From Paraglomus brasilianum (lineage: Eukaryota): a stretch of 32,779 nucleotides of DNA. Below the pieces are notes generated by a model. That model saw only the letters and a list, made by a program, of their open reading frames with translations, had not been told where the DNA came from and did no database searches. Positions 1 to 12,758 of the stretch are shown here, in pieces (position 1 is the stretch's first letter; every line of letters begins with the position of its first letter). Location of the stretch: positions 1-32,779 of the forward strand of contig CAJVPI010000371.1 of assembly GCA_910592345.1 (NCBI GenBank), written 5' to 3'. Position numbers and translations under genes: made by a program.

Positions 1-1016
1 CGCGCATTTAATTTAATTATATAAATAGGTCACTTGTAGATTAGAATTCAGTCTTAATTGAACATCTACCGTATTAACATTAAGGGCAGCTAATCTGGTA
101 ACATCCCCCGGTTGGAAGAACACCCCTACAATTGCTCTCCGACCATCCGAAAGAGTGGTACCACTGCGAGAAATGTTTTAAATACAGACAATTACTTTCT
201 TGGTATATAACTTATTCACACGTGCACTTCTAGCTAATTATTGGGCAAACATGTATTACAAAAACATATAATTTTTTTTCTCGAAGAGTTCAGGAAGATC
301 AATGTTGCGATCATGGGGATTCTTGATTCCCAAATACTATAATTATAGCTTATGCAACAGTTATCCAGCGAGCTTACAGGGATTACAAGAGACCCAAATC
401 TTTGGCAAAACAAGTTTGGGAGGTAGTGAGAAATGATAGTACTCCTAACGAAAAAAAGTTTTTAGATATTATTCCCGTGGTAGAATTTATTATTTTGTTA
501 ATGGAAAATTAATAGAATCTAATTACAAAATCGATCCCATTTGATATGGAAAATCGGCATAACATTTATTTTGCTACTACTTGGGCAGAAGAGAAGAGAA
601 ATCAGTTATATGGACGATTGTGTACTATTACTATAGCATACCTAGCTACTTTAGAGTATTATCTCAGCAAGGCTACATAGTTGTTAGAGGTACATGTTGG
701 TCTGACATGTTAAAATGGTTACAGAATTCCAAATCTTATCTTATTGATAAAAAAATATAACTTTGAAAACATCATCAGAATTGCAGATTGTGAGAAATAC
801 AAAGAATATGTGATTAGAATTCCTATACTATATTCATGAAAAGGATGTTACCGTAAATTTCTCAGATTTGGGTGATAAATAGTGGATTAAGATCCCGAAT
901 GTTGTCTTAACAAGGTAATATATTATCCAGCCACAATGCATGTAGGCGCGCATATTAATATACACTTAACGAGGATGGAAAACGTGTTTATTTATGATGT
1001 ACACGCGAGATAATAA

Positions 1017-1065
1017 CCAATCACGTGAAACCGTTTTTTTATGTAATTATTCTAACAAAATTTTT
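1017..1065 (+). promoter_or_regulatory. NOP7 proximal promoter: CCAAT box overlapping a CACGTG E-box, plus an RRPE-like AAAATTTTT
   Basis: CCAATCACGTGA at 1017-1028 and AAAATTTTT at 1057-1065, 45-95 nt upstream of the NOP7 ATG. RRPE-like motifs are typical of fungal ribosome-biogenesis promoters. Motif match only. Confidence 0.45.
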
Positions 1066-1110
1066 CTCTTTGGAGATCGACTGTCTCTTACTTTTTATCA
1101 TCATTGAAAG

Positions 1111-3583
1111 ATGGGGACACCAAAGCAAAAGGGAAAATCAGGAGCAGCAACGAACTATATAACTCGCAATCAGGCTTTAAAGAAACTTCAAGTTACATTA
1201 GCTGATTTTCGGTATTGACCATAGACTGTCTTTTGTTTTATTCCACTTTCAAATAGACTCAATTCCGTTTTCTCTTTTAATGCACAAAGCCGCTTATGCA
1301 TATTAAAAGGCATCTACCCGCGGGAACCGCGTTCGCGCAAAAAGGCCAATAACGGCAGCACCGCCCCAGCAACCTTTTACTATACGAAGGACATTCAGTA
1401 TCTTCTACATGAACCAGTGTTGAAGAAGTTTAGAGAAAATAAGATTTTCTTGAAGAAACTAAGTAAAGCACTAGGGAAAGGGCAAATTAGCATCGCAAAA
1501 GGGTTAGAAGAGAGGAAACCGGTTTATAGACTGGATCATATTATTAAAGAGAGGTTTGTGTTTTTGAAATGGGAATCAGAAAAAATATGGTGCATGCAAT
1601 TAGGCAATGTCGCGTCACATCGAAGAAAGAAATCACCAAATTTACACTTTCCAAACTTTTCCCCATCATTTCCATTGTCCAATTTATTCCTCGGCTTCTT
1701 GGCATACATTCAAAAGATACCCGACGTTTACCGACGCCCTCCGTGACATAGACGACGCCCTTTGCATGCTCTTCCTATTCGCAACGTTTCCCCGCACTGA
1801 CAAAATTCAGATATCAACCGTCTCAAACTGTCAGCGGCTATCCGCTGAGTTTCAGCATTATGTAATACAAACGAGAAGTTTACGAAAAGTTTTCTTGTCG
1901 ATTAAGGGGATCTACTATCAAGCAGAGATTAAGGGACAGACTGTTACATGGATTGTACCTTATTTGTTCAGTCAGAGGGTGGGTTGAGTGAAAGAGAGCC
2001 GTGTGAGTGCAGTGATGTCCGGATTCATGTTATAGTTTTCGTTACTTACGCTATCTTGTCTTGCAAATTCATCCCTCATTTCAGGTTCCCGACGACGTAG
2101 ACTTCCGCGTGATGTTAACTTTTCTTGAATTCTACCAAACTCTCCTCGGTTTTGTCCTGTACAAACTTTACACAGATGAGAATTTAAAATATCCACCGAT
2201 TATGGAGATTGATAAAGATGAAAGTGCTGCAGGGCTAGACGCATTGCTGATCGAGAGGACAAGAATTGAAGAAAAAGTAGAAGAGAGGATGAAAGATAAG
2301 ACAATTGGAGATAATGAGGAGATTATTGAAAATGGACAGAACAACGAAAATGTAAGCTTAGAGATCTCAACGTTAGGGGGGAGTACAAGAATTTTGCGTG
2401 ATTGGTGGTGAGGAGTGAATTGACAATAGAAGGTAGGAATGTACAAGACTCTAGGGTCCATAGAAAATAATTACGAGGCATGAAACGTCTTCGTTATATC
2501 CGTGGTATATATAAGGAAGAATTGTACTGATGCTGACACTATCTAAAATATTAACTACACAGGAACAAAAACTGGAATCTGAAGAAAGACTAAAGACTTT
2601 GCCAGAGAAATTACAAACAATTCAAAACGATGATACTCCTTCTCTCCCTCCGACTTTACCCTCAGAAGTAGAAGAAGATTTCTCTGATCCAACATCCTCT
2701 ACCCCACAGATAACCTATCTTTCTCTTTCGAATTCTCTCTCCTCGTTAGCCACATTCCAAAATATCTTCTCCTCTCTAAAATTCTACCTCTCACGAGAGG
2801 TACCCAGATATTCCCTTGAATTTATGATAAAGTCATTTGGAGGTGAAGTCGGATGGGATAGCAGTGTGGGTGCGGGGTCAACTTTTGACGAGAGAGATGA
2901 GACTATTACACACCAAGTGGTGGATAGGCCAAATGTAGAAGAGAAATACGAGAATAGAGTTTATATACAGCCACAATGGGTGTACGATTGTGTTAATGCG
3001 AGGAGGTTATTGAAGGTTGGCTTGTACAGGGTCGGAAGACGGTTACCACCGCATCTGAGTCCGTTTGTAGAGAGTAAAGAGGGTGACTATTTGCCAACTA
3101 TTGTACAAGAGGTAGAAAGCGAGGAAGAAGAAGAAGAAGAGGAAGAAATAGAACAGGCAGAAGAGGAAGGGGAGGAAACAGAGGAAGAAGTAAGTGTTGA
3201 TATATTGTTTGGAATGTTGGATATTTATTATCTCGATGATTACCAGATAACCATAAAAATCTAAATTCTCTTATCAGTCATCATCGTTAGAGGAAGATGA
3301 ATTAACGCATCAAAAAGAACTTGAAGCTGAAGCAGCAGGCATTTCCTATTCCGCTTCATCCTCCAAATCCAAGTCCATCGCGGGCACGAAACGACCTCGC
3401 GAAGACGTAAATTCTGAAGCTAAAGAGCTAGCCAAGATCATGATGAGTAAGAGACATAAGAAGCTGTACGATAAAATACAGTATGGAAAAAACCAGAGAC
3501 AAGAAAAGGCGAAGCAATTAGAACGAAAGAAAGAGGAGTTAGAAAAGAAGAGTAGAAAACGTAGGGATACTAAAAAAAAGTAG
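1111..3583 (+). CDS. NOP7: Pescadillo/Nop7 60S ribosome biogenesis factor (BRCT domain), ~608 aa, 6 exons
   Basis: join(1111..1211,1290..1553,1717..1978,2085..2351,2563..3189,3278..3583). All introns GT-AG and phases are consistent (1827 nt). Family motifs: [103 protein letters not shown] in the C-terminus. Confidence 0.96.
3109..3189 (+). repeat. GAA/GAG low-complexity tract encoding the poly-Glu stretch of Nop7
   Basis: [27 protein letters not shown] within exon 5. Confidence 0.8.
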
Positions 3584-3635
3584 ATGACGAGTTGAATGCA
3601 GGTGAAATTGTGTTATTTAATGTTGAGATACTCCT

Positions 3636-5618
3636 CTAATTAAAATCGTATAAATATTGATCGATTTCAAATCGGACAGATTTGGACACTTGTTTGATAA
3701 AATCATAGCTGACATTCGTTTTACACTTTACTGTCTCTAAGCGTTCTATTGTCGACGTTGTTCGGATTAGTAAACGTAAGGTTATTAAGGATGATATCTG
3801 ACAACCAATGGATGGAAAAGTGTAAATTATGTAATTAGATGATAGATCTCGTGATTAAAATTATAATTAATAAGTTCTTACTGACTTGCATATGTATGTC
3901 AACGGTTCCTTCTATCCTTTCTGGTAAGATGCTATAAAATATTGCCAACATCCGCTCTATTGGGAATGATTTTGGACCTAAGAGTTGTTGTCTTGGCTGA
4001 ATAACAATAATAATCGGTTAATTAATAGTAATTGAGCAGAATGTAGCTAATTAACATATTAATATTATGAACAATTTACCTTCCCATTAGATTTCTCTGC
4101 TTTATTGCTTTTCCTCTTTCTCTTTGTTACTCTACCTTCATTGCTCTTTACAAAGTATCTTTGGTCTAGTCGTGGCGGATTATATGAGGCGAGGAAGGCA
4201 GCTATTAGGAGAAATTTAGTATAATAGGGCACTTCTATCCCTGCGCGTAATATTGTGACAATGAGTATGAATTTCAAGGCATAGTAGGCTTAAGATGAGA
4301 TGTATCGAACGTGTACATACTTCGCGAAGTAAGCGATTGGCCATTCTGATTATTTTCGATCTCGGATGCGTGTTTTATCCATTCCGAACTCGATATGTCT
4401 CTCAGGTAGAGCTTATCCATTGCCAATTTAAAGTATTGCTGAATGTTCTTTGCCAATTTACCATGTTCGGAACGGTTCACTTATTAATAGAATAATACCG
4501 TGTAAATAAATTCATTTAAGTATGCAGATATAATGATTTGGATAAAATTCCATCATAGACAACTTTAATACTTACTAGTTCCCTCCTTGACTGGTAATAA
4601 ATATATTGGAAACAGTAAACTGGCCAAATATCGTAATTCTTTCAAATCTTTACAGCTCTTATACAATGATTCATATAACAAATCAATAAACCTTCCAAAA
4701 AACTTTTGAGATTCCCCTTCAGGACAATCTTTTGTTAATATTTGCAAGACTTCACGTGCAGCAAATAGTTAAGGTTCAAATGAAGAGATGGGAGGGATAA
4801 TAAACAGTTCGCTAAAAAGGATATTCTTTGTGTATTCTGGGAAAAAAAGCAAATACGGTTCATAAAGACCGATTCGAGTTCGAAATCTCTCCCAACAAAG
4901 TGATGTTATTAAAATAACACTTATATTCATTGCTGTCTGCAATACAATTGTCTTTAGTTATGTAATCTAAGACGAAGTTCAGAGTTGAAGAATTTACCAA
5001 AATAAAGCTCACCAATGCGGGCAAATTCATTAACGCTGGTAACAAAGTCGGTGACATGTCTCTTAATCTTTCGGCCCTATCCAGTATCTATTAACAATGT
5101 CGAGCCACAAACCATGCATACAGTTATATATTCATCCTGTTAATTAACATCTGAATTCCAAACAACTTACCAAATATCTAGCATTATCATCTGTCCAACA
5201 TTCACGCAATCTCACGATAAATTCATTGACATCTCCACATTTGACCCAGTTACAGAAATTATTCTCAAAACTTGGCGTGATACCAGCGAATTGGTTTAGA
5301 GCGTGTTCGAAGAGCAGGCTTTCAGTATGGCATTCAACACAATTTATGAAGGCATAGTGAGTCGCAGATAGTAATTGAGTAAAGATATGCTTTATTATGG
5401 TTGTCTTTCCGAGAGAAGAATGTCCATAGACAAATATCACCGGTGGTGAGGCGTCTGTTGGCTTTAATAGTACAATACAATTAATTAACAGCTCCATATC
5501 TGACATTAATACAGCTTCGAGTACTCGGTATGCTAACCTGTCCAATAAGTTCAATAAGTGTAGATATTTGTGAGGAGCGGCCCGGATATAGGAGCGCTAG
5601 TTCTTGTGCGAAATTCAT
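3636..5618 (-). CDS. ORC5: Origin recognition complex subunit 5, ~443 aa, 9 exons (one AT-AC intron)
   Basis: complement(join(3636..3797,3886..3996,4080..4240,4321..4479,4576..4755,4825..4936,5013..5087,5171..5461,5538..5618)), 1332 nt in frame. Motifs: N-terminal YPGRSSQI, Walker [39 protein letters not shown], and ORC5 C-terminal [22 protein letters not shown] and [15 protein letters not shown]. Confidence 0.94.
4756..4824 (-). other. U12-type (minor spliceosome) AT-AC intron in ORC5, 69 nt
   Basis: On the minus strand: 5' site ATATCCTTT, branch site CCTTAAC (4768-4774) ending 12 nt before a CAC 3' end. Removal gives ...[15 protein letters not shown]; retention hits an in-frame TAA. Confidence 0.92.
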
Positions 5619-5656
5619 GCTACGTTGAGAGATAGAATGCACTGCTACGGGATATC

Positions 5657-5664
5657 GACGCGTC
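5657..5664. promoter_or_regulatory. MCB-like element (GACGCGTC) upstream of ORC5
   Basis: ACGCGT core at 5658-5663, about 40 nt upstream of the ORC5 ATG. MCB boxes regulate fungal G1/S DNA-replication genes. Single copy. Confidence 0.4.
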
Positions 5665-5763
5665 TTGTATGTTTGTGCCGATCATGTGATTAACATGTTA
5701 AGTCGCACTACAGAAAAAATTTCATACAAAAGATAAGTCAAACAATAATTACTTGCCATATGT

Positions 5764-6600
5764 ATGGCAACAGAAGCATGGAATGAAGTCAAAAAAGAAC
5801 TATTGTCAATTGTTGGTGCAGGACGCGCATCCTACCAAGCATTGAGGGAGATAGAACATTTGGACAAGAGCAGAACAATGTTGTCTCCCTTCGAACGAAG
5901 AAATGCGCACGTCATTGCAGTAGCTTATAGATCGCGTTTCATGTGGTAACGGTGGGAAATTGACAGCTGAAGGTGCGCTTAAAGGCCTTGTCACATTAAA
6001 CTTCTAAGAGTTGTTATCTAATGTTAATATAACGAAGGACTTAATAAGCGATTAAGAGATAACCTATTTGGTTCTGCGAACTACCGGATAGTTCCAGTGA
6101 AGAAATCAAAGGCATTCCATACAAGGCTGCCGTTCAGACCTACTTGTAACGAAACGTATGGATGAGATTTTACTAAAACCCAATTTCTATCGGGACGGAT
6201 CATCTTAAAAATCACGTTGTTTTGGACATCAACAACTACTACGAGAGTTTTTCGATGAGGTGAGAGGCAGTTCAATTCAGTTTGCTACAGCGTTTTCGAA
6301 GCGATGATGAATAGAATACAATCCAACTCCGAAAAAAAAAATCAGATTGTTGATTTTTGAGGAAAAACCTATGCAACACTGATAGTTTTGTTTACTTGGA
6401 AACATGCTTCTCGAAACTGCTTATTACGAGTTAGTAATCTGTACTTGTTCCCGGTAGAAGTCGAAGCAATGCACTGTCCATTGGGATCGGCGAATGGAAG
6501 GTTGCAATCCAACTCGACCAACGTTTGACAGAACAATATAAACGGCGGATAAATCTGGTAATTGAATGAACGCTTAACCATATATTGATAGCCTCTTCGT
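5764..6600 (+). pseudogene. Probable decayed protein-coding gene of unknown family, divergent from ORC5
   Basis: Protein-like start MATEAWNEVKKELLSIVGAGRASYQALREIEHLD, followed by protein-like segments in shifting frames broken by stops (GGKLTAEGALKGLVTLNF*ELLSNV; WFCELPDSSSEEIKGIPYKAAVQTYL*). No clean splice model was found and the end point is approximate. Confidence 0.4.
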
Positions 6601-8014
6601 ACATGACGATTATAAATCTTATCCTACACGCTGAATTTTTACATGTTGAATTAAAATAGTTTCAGCCTTGTCTGATGAATAATACCAGTCATCAAATGTT
6701 GATTTACAGAAACATAAGAGACTTTCACTGATATGTTGCGTTTTATTCTATATTTTATAATAGGTCTGATGGACATTCAGGTGAATACAATATTTTGGCA
6801 TTGGGATTTAACACTTTATCAAATGATGAAAGTTTTGTAGACGGGCGGTCGGAATCAATTATGTCGAATGTCTACAATATTATCTGATTATAAAAATGTT
6901 AAAAACCTTTTTGTTGGGGTCATTAGTAAGAAACTAAAGTTTGCTTTATTCAAATAGGGAGGAAGCTGTGTTAGAGGATACCAGAATGAAGGTGTATTTA
7001 TCTTGATCTGATACTTGTAAAAACCAAACGGTTATAGGTGCTATCAATGTAATCCATACTGTTTAACAGCCAGCAGTCGAGTATAATATTTGCGTTCACC
7101 AAATTAATTTCAGTAAAAAAGCGTCACAGCAACCGTTGCTTATGACAACCCAAAGCCTTTTCTGTCCTTACAGCACTGAAAGTTGTTTAATGTATACTTA
7201 TCACAATAATCGCGAGTTGAAAAGTTAGGAGTTGAGACTCTTTCTGCACACATGATCATTATAGCACAGCCCACATTATCAACATATGCGCTTGCGCTTT
7301 ACAATTTGGACTCGAAACCGATTCTCGATCCCGTCCTCGTATAGATCTATGGAAGGTTGTGGAACAAATATACGAACAAGCATCATTAAAAGATTTCGGA
7401 CAGACATTAGTGTGCAGTATTATAGAAACAAATCCAATAACTAGAAGCCAGTTTCGTTTGCTATTTGCTGATTGTAAACTTTTTCGATAGAGTATTTGTT
7501 TATTAAAAAATGGATCATTTCTGACATTTTCTACATTCTTGCCCCACAGGCGCGCAACCATTTCAATTAAAGTATTCTTCTCGATATAATTATTATAATA
7601 ATAGGTGAACTTAGTGGCTACTATTAACATATCAAGTATCAACCGCAGATGTCTGCTTTCTATTTAGATAATATATTCGGAATGCGTTAATGCATAAGAA
7701 TGACAACAACGCATATATCTTTAAGTGAGGAAGCGATTGAGTGTCAAATATGGAACAATGACACGAGGATATGATTCTTAGGTTTAAGGTCGCTGGGAAT
7801 GAACAACGAGAGGTTGGTTATATCCTTTGTTCTGCATGCACAAATTAATGGATATGGTATTCACTCACGGGGATGCAAGCACTACTGCTCTGTGCTTTTG
7901 CTCGAAAAGATATTTCTAAATGCGGGGACGACGTGTATTATATTAAGTTGACTGTATACACCCTATTATTTGCTACATCGTAAAGTCGTAATTCACACCT
8001 ACTATTGTGAATAT

Positions 8015-9230
8015 TTAACTCTTCTCACTTCCGACTTTGAAGACAATTGTTTTCATTTCCTCCCTCGCACAACACTCGGTCGGCGTCCTTCCCTTATTAT
8101 CTTTAATTTCCAATAATGATCTATCTCTTTTCACTAGCATTACTGCTATGTCTGTGTATCCCTTTTCGCATGCTTTGTGGAGAGGTGTTTGGCCATCAAT
8201 ATCCTGCAAGCGACAATTGGCCCCGTTAATGAGGAGTAAGGACGTTAGCGACTGGTTGTTAGTGATGATTGCGCGATGGAGTGGCTGTGGATTGAAGATG
8301 AAATGGTATTGTAAATAAGAACTTCATGATTGTGGTAATCGGGAACATAAATTCTACTTATTAGCGTCATAGACATCCAACAAGATCCTCTTGTATAGAA
8401 ACACCATTAGTTGAATACTAGATTGTTAATCTTATACTTACAGTCGATAACAATTCTGGAGTTGTCGCGTTAACATCGGCGTCGTGCGAGAGTAGTATTC
8501 GACATATCTCCAAGTGGTTATTACGTGTAGCGTAGTGCTGTTTAATTTAGCGTCTGTAAGACATAGAAGATGGGAATGGGATATACACTAAACTCCTAAA
8601 AAGTACCCGACCAAGTTGTAAAATTGCATCTTATTAATAATTTTCAAATATCAACACTCAGGGGATTACCCGCGCGTTTCAATTCTATTTGAATCATCTT
8701 AGGTTAGACTACATAAAAGTTTCAGATGTAAATTTCTTTTCAAGTTTGCAAAAAGTTTAAAACGGTGTCTAACCTTCGTTCGAGATTGAGAATGCCGATT
8801 AGGAAACACCTTAATTCTTTTCTGGGCAATCTATTCTTTCCTGTGAGATGTCAACATCCTGCTTCGGATGCTAATTTCCTACTTTGAAAAGCGTAACTAT
8901 GTGTATTTTGTGCATTGCCCCTTTAGAAGAAATTATAATCGCTAATTAATATTAATATATAGAATCTTAGAAAAAAGCTCGGTCGGATACTTTTGGAGGA
9001 TATCAATAAATTAAGATTGTTCGATAATCAGCTCATCCATCTCTTACCAACGGAGTATATCCGGTGCTGTCCCGCTCATTAACAACATGACTCCCCTTCT
9101 TAACTATTATATTTCGTACTTTTTCGGCTGCTCCCTCGATGCATGCGTTGTGTATTGATCGCATGAAATCTAGCTCGTCGAGTGTCTGTGTGTATGGTGA
9201 ATTGCTTTGATGGTGGTGGTCGTGAGCCAT
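8015..9230 (-). CDS. Ankyrin-repeat protein, ANKRD39-like, ~182 aa, 3 exons
   Basis: complement(join(8015..8284,8442..8537,9048..9230)), GT-AG introns, phase 0. Ankyrin motifs GYTPLHYA, STPLHRA, GQTPLHKA, GRTPTEC. The N-terminal QTLDELDFMRSIHNAC resembles ANKRD39. Confidence 0.88.
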
Positions 9231-11206
9231 TATTATTGATGAAACCGTTGAAGCAGGGGAAGGGAGTGAATTGTGAGAGACTTAAATAAGCTAGACAAAC
9301 AAAAAACCGGATAGGGGTCAAAGTTGTTGACATGTGCCACAACTTTATAATGGAAACATATATGGTGATCACAACTCATTGGTTGCAGTTGTAATGAGAA
9401 ATCAAAACGAGGTAACATGATGGAATTAGGTGAATTAATGTCTCTGGATTGCGGTTGTATTGACAAGGTATTGTCTTTGTCTTCGTCAAGTCATAGGAGA
9501 AAACAATAGCTGCACAATAATTAATGTGTAAAATTAGTAATGATCAGTCTGTCGTTTCTAGTATAAAATAGTCACCCCCAAGGAACAAGAGGTTTCACAC
9601 CTTCTGGTGTTTCAAGTCCAACCCATCCATGGACTGATATTGTTTTTAGATATTGCTACATAAATATGTACGAAATTAATGAAATAAGCAAAAGTGCTTT
9701 TACGTTTTAAGAAATGCAATTTATACAACAATTTGCGTTTTGAAGTATCTCTCAACGCTCACGAATTTGATCCGTCAGTAGAATTGAATTAAAATAACTG
9801 TTCACAATCATCATCTTTCAGCCATTTTGCACCATGGTGAATGATGTGGTTTGCTAGTTTGTTCGACACGTTTCAGATGTAAATAACTGAGACGACCGAA
9901 AGAAATCGGTTGCGGTCAGCATTTTCGGATACCTAGGAGCTTATTAATAACGGAACAAATATAAACGAGAATATGTGATGGCTAGCAACAAAATCGGACA
10001 AAGATGAAGATGGATGGAATCGCTAACGCAACACGAACATTGATATCTTACTCTCCCCTATAAATATGTCAATGTTCTTCACCACAATTGTCTTCAGTTT
10101 ACTATCCCAGAACTATGTATTGTATAGGCTATGTCTTTAATTCCTTCTTGTGGCTGTGGTATTAGTGATTCTTGACTGTTACTATATCCCTATAAATTAC
10201 TTGGATGGAATTTGATGCACTAGAAGCTGAATTTACGGCATGACCAGTAGTAGTTTAAAGAAGAAATGCCTGGACAGAAAACAAAACCACTATATATAGA
10301 ATGCTACCATTATATTAGTATTAGTATTCATTATAAATGGTGTTATGTGAGCAAATAAAATGTTTAAAAGGACGTTAAATTTATGGGTTCTCCTTTCTTG
10401 GAATCCATAATACCAATGCTATTGCCATTATAAAACTGCTGGAATGAGTGTAGAGAGATATATTTATCGAATTTCTTATTCTCTCTTTCCAAAGTCATAT
10501 ACAGTTTAGCTGGTCAGTATTTCTTGTTAATTAATGATTTGAATTATTATTACTATTATATATTAACAAATAGAAATCTTCATCTTCATATAAATATTAG
10601 CTACCTCTTGCATATTTTTCATTACCACCATGGCAAGGCTAATTTACCTAGCTTCAATATTATTGTCGAGTTGACTGTTTGTTTGCAAAGTAGCTGTACT
10701 ATTTACTCTATTTACTTGTATACTTATAACACTAAATATCAAAGAACTTGAAATATTTTCTGCCGTTCGATATTAAAGCTTTAGGAAAGAAGTATTATTA
10801 TTATACGCAGCAGATACAATTTTGATGTTACACTAAATCTTGAGTGTGCGACTTGAGTTCTAAACAACGAGTGTTCTTTAAAGTGAACTTTATTCTCTGT
10901 CCCAGTCGTTAGATGAGTGAAAGTTTCGTTAACATAACGAGCGAAGAAAAGTGTATATATCCGGCTAATACACATATTAAGGAGGTAATAAAGAAAAGGC
11001 TAGATTAAAGTTTGTCTTTGGAATAACAAACGCAAGCAAACATGAAACGCTAGCTCGTGCGGGTTGGGAGAGAGGAGAGAAAAGCCCAATACTCCGAGAC
11101 CGCAGCAGAGGGCGCCTTGGCATTGTGGAATAAAAAGGTGAAAACCTGCCCAAAACGCTATCGGTTATATATTGCTGATGACGCCACCAGTTAATATATT
11201 GTTCGC

Positions 11207-11226
11207 AATAATAATAATAATAATAA
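11207..11226 (+). repeat. (AAT)n microsatellite
   Basis: aataataataataataataa in the intergenic region. Confidence 0.8.
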
Positions 11227-12339
11227 CTAATTAAAAAATTTTATATTGTGTATGTTGTATAATCACATTATCACACATATATTATAAATCTATTGTTTAT
11301 GTCACTTTCATACTTTGTCACATTTATGTTAATATGTGTTGTACATTATTATTTCACTTGCTGTCCAATGGCAAAGAGACAGCACATAGTAGTTTATCTG
11401 CAAAATCTTTCAATCAGGAACAAGTATTAATTGGTGATTAATTAATGATTCACGGGGCACATGACCCCGATTACACTGAACACAACAACAAAGTACAAAG
11501 ACAATAAAATAGCAACTAAGATGAGTATGTATAAAATGATAGTTAGTATAGCGCAGATCTTGTAATATATGGTATCGAATATAGACGATGCTCCTCTACA
11601 CCGCCGTATATACAGATAGATATACGCCAGATGCCTTTTATTTATGTGTCGTTCATAGACAATTATACAGACAAATATACAACCTTTAATTAAAGCTCAT
11701 TCCGCACTTTTTTGCATGACACCTTATTTCTTACTACGCATGCTGCAGTGTGCTAATCCCACAATACAACAGTTCCACCCATTGGGCTTGTATTACGCAC
11801 GAGTAATAGAATAACACAGTAGAAATAGTGAATATAGTGAGCATAGTGTATTTTGAATGGGTAACTGTTATAGTCAATATAAATGCTGAGCGAATGCTGA
11901 AATAATAGATAGTAGATAATAGATAAATATGTGATACATGACAAAGTATTTATACTACATTATAAAATATCGATTGTATCTCATGTATATTGTTTATCAT
12001 TGTTTATCTATTTATCCACTTTGTATATTTTCATTTACTATGTCGTATCAATTGCCATACAAACGTTCTCAATCGAAGTTCGACCGTGTTCCATAACTGT
12101 CTCTACTTGGCAATCAATTCTTTGTCGTACATCTCCCCCCTGCACATATAAATACGTGCCGACTTTTCTCCTCCCGCCCATCTTCCGATTCATAATGAAA
12201 CTGTATAATAAAATAAGTAGAAAATAAGCTGACATCAATAAAGCTATCGAATATTTGTTACATCCAGTGTCACGTACGTACCAATAATAATAAATACTTC
12301 AACTGGAGCATTCGCTAGATTATCTCCAGCTGAGTTGCT

Positions 12340-12368
12340 GTGATTGGACACTTCAATTATGACGTCAT
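12340..12368. promoter_or_regulatory. Reverse CCAAT box and perfect CRE/ATF palindrome upstream of the capping enzyme gene
   Basis: GTGATTGG at 12340-12347 and ATGACGTCAT at 12359-12368, about 400 nt upstream of the ATG. Motif match only. Confidence 0.4.
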
Positions 12369-12758
12369 CATTCGTCACCCATCATACAATCTGCTTCGAC
12401 ATAAACATCAACTAGGATAAAATACTTGAAAAAAAAACAACAAACAAGCGCGTCTATTAAATAGAGGGGGGAAAAAGAGCAGTGTAAGTGAGTGTGTGAG
12501 CCGCTGTGCCAAAAAAGACACTGTCTGAATATCTCGGGAAAATGATTGTAGCTTACGAAACAGCCTCAGTCGATCTGCTCGATCCGCCTAGAATTCATAC
12601 TTTACAAACAACATACTCTATAATTCCACTACTAACCACACACTTTAACTCCTCACTATTCAGCAATCATCACAGACATTCAACTACGACATACACAACC
12701 CACTTCCGCCCTATACAGAAGAGCAGGCTCCTCTTTCTCTCTCTTTTCACAAAGAACC

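Noticed and set aside
11101..11116. CGCAGCAGAGGGCGCC resembling a CTCF site
   Set aside because: CTCF is an animal protein; a single match in fungal DNA is coincidental.
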